Positions 20,401-27,531 of a DNA stretch of 50,439 bases are shown one piece after another. The notes below the pieces were generated by a model. It was not told the DNA's origin. It did no database searches and worked only from the letters and a program-made list of their open reading frames with translations. Made by a program: the position numbers and the translations under genes. Position 1 is the stretch's first letter; every line of letters starts with the position of its first letter. The stretch lies in assembly GCA_036569145.1 (NCBI GenBank), contig DATCRE010000589.1, positions 1-50,439 on the forward strand, written 5' to 3'. This DNA is from Cyclobacteriaceae bacterium. Lineage in GTDB: Bacteria > Bacteroidota > Bacteroidia > Cytophagales > Cyclobacteriaceae.

Positions 20401-21877
20401 GGTTTTTGTCAATGAAATGACCAATGAAAGAAGGAGGGACGCAGTCTCCGTTTCTTATTTTAGTAAGGCGATTATAGATTTCGCGTTTTGTTTCTTTTGT
20501 TGCATGACTGATAACGCTCTTGTCTTTAACTTCAGCAAAGTACTGATAACCGAATTTTTTTAAAATGGTTTTATTGGCATATACAAAGTTATCTTCCTTA
20601 GCTATAACAAGACTTAATAATTCACTTTCAACAACTGTTTTGTATTTTTTCTCGCTTTCCTCTCTTAGCGTCTGTTCGTTTACTAATTTCAAATGTTGTT
20701 TTTCAAACAATCGTCTCTTTATTTTTGCCAACTGCTGTTTGTTAATAATTAGTATGAGCAGAACTAGCAAGATTACCAGCGCCAGCAAAAAGATATTAAT
20801 TTTGGTTCTCTCAATTCTGGTATCATGCAATTGATCAACGATCTGTGTTTGTAGTTTACTCTTTTCGGTATTGGATTTGTGTTTCAAAGAAGCAAAAGCT
20901 TTTTTGTTTTCAGAACTTGTCAGGCTGTCGTTTAGAGATATATACAATGATTGGAATTCAAATGCCTTCTGATAATTCTTTAGCCCCTTATAGGCTTTGA
21001 AGGCTGCGCAATAACCATTTCGTATTTCCTGTTTTGAATTTATCTTCAACGCTGACGTTAATGCCTTCTCTGCAAAGTGTAGTGACTTGTTGTAGTCTTT
21101 TAGCTCTTCATACACCATGCTCAAATCAGAATAAATTCTTGATTGAAGGATCTGGCTGTTTAAAGAAAGCGCTACGATCAATGCGGTATCTTGCAGAGCA
21201 ATTGATTTTTTATATTCTTTCTTTTTTAGATAGATTGATCCGATGGCATTTAATAAACTGCCAATTCGCTGTGGTTCGTTCTCGCTTTTGGCAAGCGCCA
21301 GAGATTGCCCATAGTAACGGAGGGCTATTGAGTCTTTTTGCTCTTTCTTGTACTCGTTAGCAATGTTCTCAAGCGCCATACCTATTCCTGACTTATTATT
21401 GGAGTGAGTCCATAGATTCAATGCTTTTTTAAAATAGATTACAGCTTCAGCTTCATTCTGTGATTGATATATCAACCCTATCTTGTTATACGAATTAGCA
21501 ATTTCAAATGTGTTTTTTGTTTCTTCGTAAAGGGCTAGCGATTTCCAAAGGTATTCGAGAGCCTGCGTACTATTGCCGAGATGATAGTAATAATATGCCA
21601 GGTACTCATTCGCCTGAGCTTCTCCCTTTTTAAAGCCAATTTTTTTTGAAAGAGCCAGGGCCTCGTTGGCTGGTTTGTAGATTTTATTTGTGCAGATAAA
21701 CGATTGCGCCAGGCTGAGATCATTTAGAGTGTTTACCCGGTTGCTGTCTTGTGGAAGTTTTTCAAGAATACGAGATAGACTATCAATTGTATTTTGCTGA
21801 GCGTATGTAAAATTGCTTATGAAAAAAAGCAGCAGTGTCGAAAGGAAATATATCGAGGTTCTTTTTCTATTTTTCAT
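17474..21877 (-). CDS. Hybrid sensor histidine kinase: TPR head, TM, multiple PAS, HisKA-HATPase, REC and HPt-like tail
   Basis: 1467 aa. TPR head IDSLSRILEKLPQDSNRVNTLNDLSLAQ.., TM INIFLLALVILLVLLILII, about four PAS/PAC-like segments (e.g. WRWDTSGNLLWSETTYKIFGI, IGLYDINGIIQYVSPALSTVLGY). H-box FLSVMSHEIRTPLNSVIG (His codon 18917-18919), N-box NLINNALKFT, G1 DSGIGI, G2 GGTGLGLSIV. REC YRILYVEDVESN..DVILMDLQMPGLNG (Asp codon 18032-18034)..ITKPF. C-terminal ~140 aa helical with EIHKLSPIAKNI (HPt-like; the least certain part). Confidence 0.92.
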   Translation of the reverse strand: MKNRKRTSIYFLSTLLLFFISNFTYAQQNTIDSLSRILEKLPQDSNRVNTLNDLSLAQSFICTNKIYKPANEALALSKKIGFKKGEAQANEYLAYYYYHLGNSTQALEYLWKSLALYEETKNTFEIANSYNKIGLIYQSQNEAEAVIYFKKALNLWTHSNNKSGIGMALENIANEYKKEQKDSIALRYYGQSLALAKSENEPQRIGSLLNAIGSIYLKKKEYKKSIALQDTALIVALSLNSQILQSRIYSDLSMVYEELKDYNKSLHFAEKALTSALKINSKQEIRNGYCAAFKAYKGLKNYQKAFEFQSLYISLNDSLTSSENKKAFASLKHKSNTEKSKLQTQIVDQLHDTRIERTKINIFLLALVILLVLLILIINKQQLAKIKRRLFEKQHLKLVNEQTLREESEKKYKTVVESELLSLVIAKEDNFVYANKTILKKFGYQYFAEVKDKSVISHATKETKREIYNRLTKIRNGDCVPPSFIGHFIDKNQKLRSFEVQTCCLQLNGEYCQMYQLVDITERLTAESSLNEMETLFRLAQSFSNIGSWRWDTSGNLLWSETTYKIFGINPESNQIDEARFLEYIHPEDRKNVLSKAKDCFEKKEIFKIEHRIQTESGAIRWIQLTGDVLKNDSRQTTMFGIARDITESKSITQELKANKEKYKLLAESGNDIIGLYDINGIIQYVSPALSTVLGYTPEDVIGKKLIIPSTDQKIFRSLFQQAIENPKSSFTARIRVKRNASDKEYCWFQKNLKAILDNDNNVIAIRWMMHDISKEIAYEKMVHQSNIDLIDSVEQYKTLNEKLNTTLRELEVQSLKTTFTNQKLIESQNSLQRTYYDLKLKTDALNKISITTSFDKDGCITSVNERFTEVVGYSSAEMIGKTYQQLQPEFNNAETGSSELFKILWDTLQEPKEWSGEMCIQTKSGKTVWLLKNIIPIWNDGHFTGYFSFSYDITLQKKREDEIIQAKLLAEEASAIKEDFLSVMSHEIRTPLNSVIGLSNLLLKRSPREDQLEIVKTLKHSGDNLVLLINDILDYNKIRAGKIELEETVFSPVELLQQLQASYQLIASEKGLDFLITIDTSIPDFVIGDLSRLNQILHNLINNALKFTRKGHVRIQTSLKSISEEGNSGTLLFAIGDSGIGIPKEKLDVIFTAFNQSEKYISREFGGTGLGLSIVKNLVNLFKGEIDVISEVNKGSEFLISIPFKIHTDTTPIIPKHIAGNNSIESVINGYRILYVEDVESNQLLVKSFLEDCGADCSVASNGNIALQHTSNKIFDVILMDLQMPGLNGYEVTDAIRKQPNGKNQDTAIVAFTAEAYSQNLRLKTEAHAFQDVITKPFQFDNLINKISKVCPTPRPEENFLTLDFYEEAFENNQQKLREIKRIIINDIRKTEANINKYSTLRDLNGLKTEIHKLSPIAKNIRCYSLMNLLEEYRIHETYSHTIVGLNTELSIFLKRVKCEIKDFNY

Positions 21878-21914
21878 TACAGCTAAGGGCTATTCTTTGA
21901 AGTTCTGGCTAAAG

Positions 21915-22544
21915 TCAAAACTTTATTTTATGTTCTGAAATTCTGGTAACAAGCTCAGTGGTATTCTTTAATCCAAATTTTCCCAGGATGTTAGCACGAT
22001 GTGTTTCAACTGTTCGCCGACTTACATTCAGCATGAGGGCTATTTCTTTACTGGAATTTCCATTCATCAGATTTTTGACAATTTGTTTTTCCTTGAAGGT
22101 TAATGATGGTAAGCCACGATAATTTTTTCGATAAAGACTTTCAATAATAATATTTGAAATTTCGAGAGAATAGAATTTTTCGCCTTCGAGTACTTTTTCA
22201 ATGCCCATGATTAGCTCAGAGGGATCTACGTTTTTATGAATGTAACCGTCTGTTTCAGACTCTAAAGCATTTGTTATATAGAATTCTTCTTTGTGAGAGC
22301 TTAGAATGATTATTTTAATATCAGGGTCTATACTTCTGATCTTGCTGATGGCATCAAGTCCACTTTCCTTTTCGAGTGAAATATCAATTAATGCAAGATG
22401 AGGTTTAATCGCTGATATCATTGGCTCGAAGGCAGCAAAGCTTTTGTATTCTCCCACTATACTGAACAATGGATTTTTAGCTAGAATAGCCGCAAGTCCA
22501 ATTCTAAATAAAACATGATCATCAATCACTACTATCCTTACCAT
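21915..22544 (-). CDS. NarL/LuxR-family response regulator (REC plus GerE-type HTH)
   Basis: 209 aa. MVRIVVIDDHVLFRIGL, HLALIDISL, IIILSSH, then LTFKEKQIVKNLMNGNSSKEIALMLNVSRRTVETHRANILGKFGLKNTTELV. It lies 37 nt upstream of the hybrid kinase on the same strand. Confidence 0.92.
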   Translation of the reverse strand: MVRIVVIDDHVLFRIGLAAILAKNPLFSIVGEYKSFAAFEPMISAIKPHLALIDISLEKESGLDAISKIRSIDPDIKIIILSSHKEEFYITNALESETDGYIHKNVDPSELIMGIEKVLEGEKFYSLEISNIIIESLYRKNYRGLPSLTFKEKQIVKNLMNGNSSKEIALMLNVSRRTVETHRANILGKFGLKNTTELVTRISEHKIKF

Positions 22545-23087
22545 GGTAACAAAATTATCTCAATAACCACATTTAATAAATAGAACAGCTTGTGAACATT
22601 GTGATGTATACCTTTTTGTCTGTCCTTGTTGCACTTCATGAGAGAAGAGATAAAGCTGAGTTTGTACTATAGTCATGCCTGACTGCCATTAACGAGTTTT
22701 GTATTGAAGTTGAAACATCAAGCTTTACTATGAAACAGTGAAGAATGCATCAGAAAATCTATCGATTAGATTGCAGCTTAAAATTCATAAGCTTAGCTAT
22801 GGAGAAAGTATAAAGAATAGATAGTATTTTTTATTGATTTTTTTGGTCTTGCTCAAATCAATATGGCCCGTATTGATATTTGTCAAAGTCATAAATTAAA
22901 AATGAAATTTGGGCTCCCTGAACAAACCTCTCGGCCTGCCCACAACCAACACAACCTAGTCCAGGAGCCCATTTCATTGCATACATGCATAATCTGTATT
23001 GACCTAATACCAGCCAATGCGATTTCTTTGAAGAGAGGGAAATTTTTACTTTATGTATTTACTTCTTGAACTTAACATCTCAAAATC

Positions 23088-23108
23088 CTGATCACTGATC
23101 ACTGATTC
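23088..23108. repeat. Tandem heptamer ctgatca x3 (third copy ctgattc)
   Basis: Read directly: cctgatcactgatcactgattcc. Each tgatca is itself palindromic. Lies about 270 nt upstream of the 23376 gene. Confidence 0.6.
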
Positions 23109-23375
23109 CTAATTCATTGTTGTAATTTGTTTTATTTACTACTTATAAAATCACCAAGGAGTAACTATCATTTACATAGTTCAAAAGTATAATAGAAGCT
23201 TTACTCATTCATTCCGTATAAGTATTCACAATTGAATAATTTAAATACCTATTAAGATCTCCGTATCTATACGGATGTTATTTCGAATGCCGCCCAGTTT
23301 GAGTGTTGTTTTTGTAATCAAATCCGTCGAAATTGAAGTAGGTAGGAAATCTGATGAGGATAAATCTCCTTTTTT

Positions 23376-24647
23376 ATGGAAAACAATGTGAATAAGCGCC
23401 TGATTACCACTGCAGTTATCATTATTACAGCCTTGTTAATATTAAATATTATGGCGACGCTTTATAATAACGGGATAATTGAGGAGAACAGAAAACTTCA
23501 AAAACAGGCAGAGGAAGTTAAAGTAACCATTTCACAGTTTGCCATTGTAATTATCCATAACCTGGATTTAGGAGTGCGCGGGTATGCTCTTTACAAGAAA
23601 GAGAAATATCTGTACCCCATGAAGTTTGCACTGAGAGATAAAGATTCAATACTTCATATAGTCGAGCGGTCGTTGGTCATGCAAAAGTATCCTATGGATG
23701 AGTTTTATCAGCTTAGGGATTCTATCAATGCGTATGCAGATCTATGTATTAACTTATTCGAATTGTTTAAAGCTAATAATATTAATGAGTTTAATCGTAT
23801 TTCCGATCTTGACAAGGGTTATCACCTTTGGCTGCAATATGAGCGATTTGCGAAAAAAGTATATCAGTTTGAAAACAATATTAATGAAAATGCCAAAGCA
23901 AGATATTACTCAGCGATGCAAGATGATTATCTCATCCAGATCTTTCTTTTAGTTATTTGTTTCCCTACATTATTATTCACTGCCATTCACACTAATAAAA
24001 AATTTAAGATAGAAGTCAGATTAAGAGAATCAGAAGCGGAGAAGACTTCAATATTATCCTCACAAAACAAATTGCTTGAATCGATAGTGACTGAACGTAC
24101 CCGGGAGATAGAAGAGAAGAACAAGACTTTGCAAACCCAGTATGAAGAGATAGCTGCGCAGAATGATACGTTGAATAAGCAACATGAAGCATTAGCGCAA
24201 CAGAACGAAGCACTGATTGAATCCAAGAGATTGCAATTAAATCTCTATACACAAAACCTGAAGGAGAAATCAGACATGATCGCTCATATTACCAAAGAAT
24301 TGGATAACGTGAGTAAAAAAGTTGTGCCTGAGCAAAAGCAAATAGAAAAGTTCGATAGCATATTAAATTTTAGTATTCTCACGGAAGATGACTGGGAACG
24401 ATTCAAGAAAATATTTCAAGAGGTGTATCCTAATTTCTTCGCAAAATTACGATACAGATTTCCAGCCATTACTGCATCTGAGTTGCGTCTTTCTGCCTTA
24501 ATCAAAATGAACTTATCACTCAAAGAAGCAGGTACTATGCTGGCTATATCCGCCGACAGTGTTAAGAAATCACGCTACCGTTTAAAAAAGCGGCTCGATC
24601 TGAAGGAAGAAGAATCGCTTGAAGAGTTTATCAGAAATATAGGTTGA
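23376..24647 (+). CDS. Membrane-anchored CHASE3-like sensor with C-terminal LuxR-type HTH (one-component regulator)
   Basis: 423 aa. TM1 LITTAVIIITALLILNIMA, CHASE3-like LDLGVRGYALYKKEKYLYPMKFALRDKD, TM2 LIQIFLLVICFPTLLFTAI, Q/E-rich coiled coil. C-terminal ILTEDDWERFKKIFQEVYPNFF..ITASELRLSALIKMNLSLKEAGTMLAISADSVKKSRYRLKKRL is paralogous to the 10812-12443 C-terminus. Confidence 0.85.
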   Translation: MENNVNKRLITTAVIIITALLILNIMATLYNNGIIEENRKLQKQAEEVKVTISQFAIVIIHNLDLGVRGYALYKKEKYLYPMKFALRDKDSILHIVERSLVMQKYPMDEFYQLRDSINAYADLCINLFELFKANNINEFNRISDLDKGYHLWLQYERFAKKVYQFENNINENAKARYYSAMQDDYLIQIFLLVICFPTLLFTAIHTNKKFKIEVRLRESEAEKTSILSSQNKLLESIVTERTREIEEKNKTLQTQYEEIAAQNDTLNKQHEALAQQNEALIESKRLQLNLYTQNLKEKSDMIAHITKELDNVSKKVVPEQKQIEKFDSILNFSILTEDDWERFKKIFQEVYPNFFAKLRYRFPAITASELRLSALIKMNLSLKEAGTMLAISADSVKKSRYRLKKRLDLKEEESLEEFIRNIG

Positions 24648-24650
24648 TCG

Positions 24651-24676
24651 TACATAGTACAGATCTATGCTATGTA
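24651..24676 (+). terminator. Weak hairpin after the 23376-24647 gene
   Basis: Stem tacatag (24651-24657) / ctatgta (24670-24676), 12-nt loop, followed by aaactttatttt. Short stem, so uncertain. Confidence 0.35.
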
Positions 24677-24970
24677 AACTTTATTTTAAACGTCATCTTA
24701 AAATAACTTCTATATACCTTATTTTTTGTGACGGATGTGTTTACGGTATTTCCGTAGTTGCACGTCTTAATCTAATAATGGTCTTTCCGAGGGATGTGTT
24801 GTTGAAATAGTCAGATCATCATACATCTGTCACTCTTCATTGTAATCAAGTGCATTGCCTTACTTAACAAATGCACGGGTGGCCATGCTATGTGTCTGCT
24901 TGTTTCTTTTGGTTTTCAATTGAATTCAACCAATCTATAAATACTTACTACTAACCTTAAATTTTATTTT

Positions 24971-26755
24971 ATGAAAAAACTACTGTTTAAAACAATGGTG
25001 ATGTTACTGGTTGTGATAACGTGCGTCATCATAAGTTCTTGTACAACCGACGAATCTTTACTTGTCTCAAAATCTCCGAGCTCGCCAGGCAGTTTAAGTA
25101 GCATTCCCGCGAGTACCAATAATCTGATTGCCTATTATGCTTTTGATGCTACGCCAACAGGTGGACAGGCTAAGCTCCCCATAACCTCTTTTACTGACAA
25201 AGCCAATGAAATAGTTATGTTTGAAGGTACACCCTGGGAAGTAGCAGACTCCACGCATTATGGAAGTAGCTCGAGTTATATTCTTACGATTAATGGAGGG
25301 CCTTATAAATACTACAAGCAAATCATTAATGACATGAAGACTATGCAGGCAAGAGGTGTAAAAGTTTTATGGAATATTGACGATGCACCTTCATGGAATA
25401 CCACAACACCTTTCACAGCGTATGATGGTACAAAGATGAGTGCCACGCAATTTGCTTCATTTGTTAAATCAATGGTTATTGATAAGTTGGGATTAGATGG
25501 AATTGCTTTAGATGTCGAGCACATGGGAAGCACAGCAGCGAATTCAAACTACATAGCATTGGTACAAGCTTTTGGAGCGTACTTTGGTCCGAAGTCATCT
25601 AGCCCCACCACAACTCTTTATACCGCTGCTATCTATGATGGTGCACAGGCGGGATTTGCCATCGGACAATCTCCCACAGTTGCAGCGTATCTTAATTTTG
25701 TAATGGATATGGGCTACTTCGAAGACAACACAACACGATTCAACCTATGGGCTAATTATATTGGCGCTGGTAAAACAATGATTGGTGTATCAAATCAATA
25801 CAACAGCTTAAGTAATGCAACAGCCGCTGCAGCATGGCAACCTTCAGGCGCTTTGAAAGCAGGTATTATGGTTTTTGCAGGAAATGTAAACAAGCCTTAT
25901 ACAGATGCTATTTTTGCAGCCGCAGCTCCATCGGCTCCAACGGTTGCCACTAATCCGAGTCCTGCGAATAGTGCAACAGGTGTTATCATTACACCAACGT
26001 TAAGCTGGACTCCGGGAACAGGTGCATCAACTCACAATGTTTATTTTGGTACTTCCAGTTCACCAGCATTGATTGGTAGCCAAAGCGCTAGTACATATAC
26101 TCCTGGTACACTTGCAGCAAATACAAAATATTACTGGCGTATCGATGAACAAAACTCCACAGGTACAACAACAGGAACGTTATGGAGTTTTACAACCGGA
26201 GGTGGCAGTGGTGGCACCCAGATTTCTTTATCATCGGCATTTAATGTAAGCAATGGTGTTGTGGCAGATGGCAGCACGTTTGGAAGTACCAGCGGCTTTG
26301 ATGATCATGGTTATGGTTATTCATCAGCATTTATAGGCACAAGTCTCACCTGGAACAATACGTCATTTAACATTGGCTCGGCGAATACATCGAACACTGT
26401 AAAGGGAACCGGGCAAACCATTACATTAGCATCAGGCAAGTATAGTTACTTACGAATATTGGGCTCTGCTGTTAATGGTAATCAGGCATCTCAATCTTTT
26501 GTGGTAAACTATTCAGATGGCACTACAATAACATTTACACAGGGCTTGAGCGATTGGTATTCTCCACAATCTTATTCTGGTGAAACGAAAGTTCTGGTCA
26601 TGTCATATAGAGACAAGTATGATGGAACTAAACAAAGTCAGACGTTTAATTTATACGGCTACTCGTTCAGTCTTACAAACACTAAAACAATAAGCAGCAT
26701 TAAATTACCAAACAATGCTAACATAAGATTACTCTCCATAACATTAGTGCCTTAA
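24971..26755 (+). CDS. Lipoprotein with GH18-like (endo-beta-N-acetylglucosaminidase/chitinase-fold) catalytic domain, an Fn3-like module and an uncharacterised C-terminal beta domain
   Basis: 594 aa. Lipobox VIISSC. GH18 motif context KLGLDGIALDVEHMG (D-x-x-D-x-D-x-E-like). Module PSPANSATGVIITPTLSWTPGTGASTHNVYFGTSS..KYYWRIDEQNSTGTTTGTLWSFTT. C-terminal ~180 aa with no motif I can name. Confidence 0.75.
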   Translation: MKKLLFKTMVMLLVVITCVIISSCTTDESLLVSKSPSSPGSLSSIPASTNNLIAYYAFDATPTGGQAKLPITSFTDKANEIVMFEGTPWEVADSTHYGSSSSYILTINGGPYKYYKQIINDMKTMQARGVKVLWNIDDAPSWNTTTPFTAYDGTKMSATQFASFVKSMVIDKLGLDGIALDVEHMGSTAANSNYIALVQAFGAYFGPKSSSPTTTLYTAAIYDGAQAGFAIGQSPTVAAYLNFVMDMGYFEDNTTRFNLWANYIGAGKTMIGVSNQYNSLSNATAAAAWQPSGALKAGIMVFAGNVNKPYTDAIFAAAAPSAPTVATNPSPANSATGVIITPTLSWTPGTGASTHNVYFGTSSSPALIGSQSASTYTPGTLAANTKYYWRIDEQNSTGTTTGTLWSFTTGGGSGGTQISLSSAFNVSNGVVADGSTFGSTSGFDDHGYGYSSAFIGTSLTWNNTSFNIGSANTSNTVKGTGQTITLASGKYSYLRILGSAVNGNQASQSFVVNYSDGTTITFTQGLSDWYSPQSYSGETKVLVMSYRDKYDGTKQSQTFNLYGYSFSLTNTKTISSIKLPNNANIRLLSITLVP

Positions 26756-26783
26756 CTGCAATATTGATAAAAATTACTTTAAG

Positions 26784-26811
26784 ATGTCAGGGTCTTGATT
26801 GATCCTGACAT
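26784..26811 (+). terminator. Hairpin downstream of the GH18-like gene
   Basis: atgtcagg (26784-26791) / cctgacat (26804-26811), extendable by G-U, U-A and C-G pairs to about 11 bp with loop ttgatt. No clear T-tract follows. Confidence 0.45.
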
Positions 26812-27197
26812 TGCTAATTCAGTACCTTTTTACTCCCGAAAAATTTGTGAAATGCAAAGCATATTGAAAGAATTTTTCCATCAACATGAAAAGGAATGAG
26901 TTGCCTAAATTAATGAATGCTTTTATGAAATTTTTGTCCTGAATCCAATTTTATTAATGTTCATTGAAAAAGGAGGAAGTGTTGAATTTCAAGTGATAAA
27001 TAGGAGAGAGTTAATTGATAGAATTGCCAATGATGAGTAAATCTTTGAAATACAAATTGTTGTCAAGAGCATACAATGTCTCTATTTTTTTTTGATAATA
27101 AATTATTGAATCGGACTTACACTAATTTAAAATTTGAAAGTATTTTGCGCCCCCGGTTTTTCCGGAGAGAAACTTTTTACACAAAACAAATTATTTT

Positions 27198-27419
27198 ATG
27201 GCTAAGGAAAGTATTGCAAAAGAAAATCCAGTTGTTGATGCGCTGAGAAAATTAAAAGAAGAAGAAACCGAATTATTAACCAAACTTAAACCACTGCAAG
27301 AAGCTATCGGCGCGCTTGAGAAGATTGTTGAAAAATCTGTTAAGAAAACAAAACCATCTGCAAGCACAAAAGAGGGTAGTGAAGAAAACGGCCAGGAAGT
27401 ACTTGAAGAAGCTCAATAA
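27198..27419 (+). CDS. Small acidic coiled-coil protein (73 aa), function unknown
   Basis: MAKESIAKENPVVDALRKLKEEETELLTKLKPLQEAIGALEKIVEKS... A clean terminator follows 40 nt downstream, which supports a real transcription unit. Confidence 0.55.
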   Translation: MAKESIAKENPVVDALRKLKEEETELLTKLKPLQEAIGALEKIVEKSVKKTKPSASTKEGSEENGQEVLEEAQ

Positions 27420-27458
27420 ATAGGTTGAGTTAATTTAAAATTGTGAATTATATAAAAT

Positions 27459-27488
27459 AGGCACAGGAGAACTTGTGCCTGTTTTTTT
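27459..27488. terminator. Rho-independent terminator shared by convergent genes
   Basis: Stem aggcaca (27459-27465) / tgtgcct (27474-27480), 8-nt loop, then gttttttt. An A-rich run precedes it on the other side. Confidence 0.8.
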
Positions 27489-27531
27489 AATGTCTTTTCA
27501 GTATTAACAAATGTGAAGGAAATTGATAATC

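Noticed and set aside
20565-21723. ORFs 20565-20834 (+), 21034-21360 (+) and 21535-21723 (-, alternate frame) inside the hybrid kinase gene
   Set aside because: They overlap a 1467-aa ORF with unambiguous domain content, and are Leu/Ser-rich shadow translations.
22863-23069. 68-aa ORF in the long spacer
   Set aside because: It has a Cys/His/Ile-rich, non-protein-like composition, no signal or motif, and spans the GC-rich inverted repeat. I treat it as non-coding; see the spacer finding.
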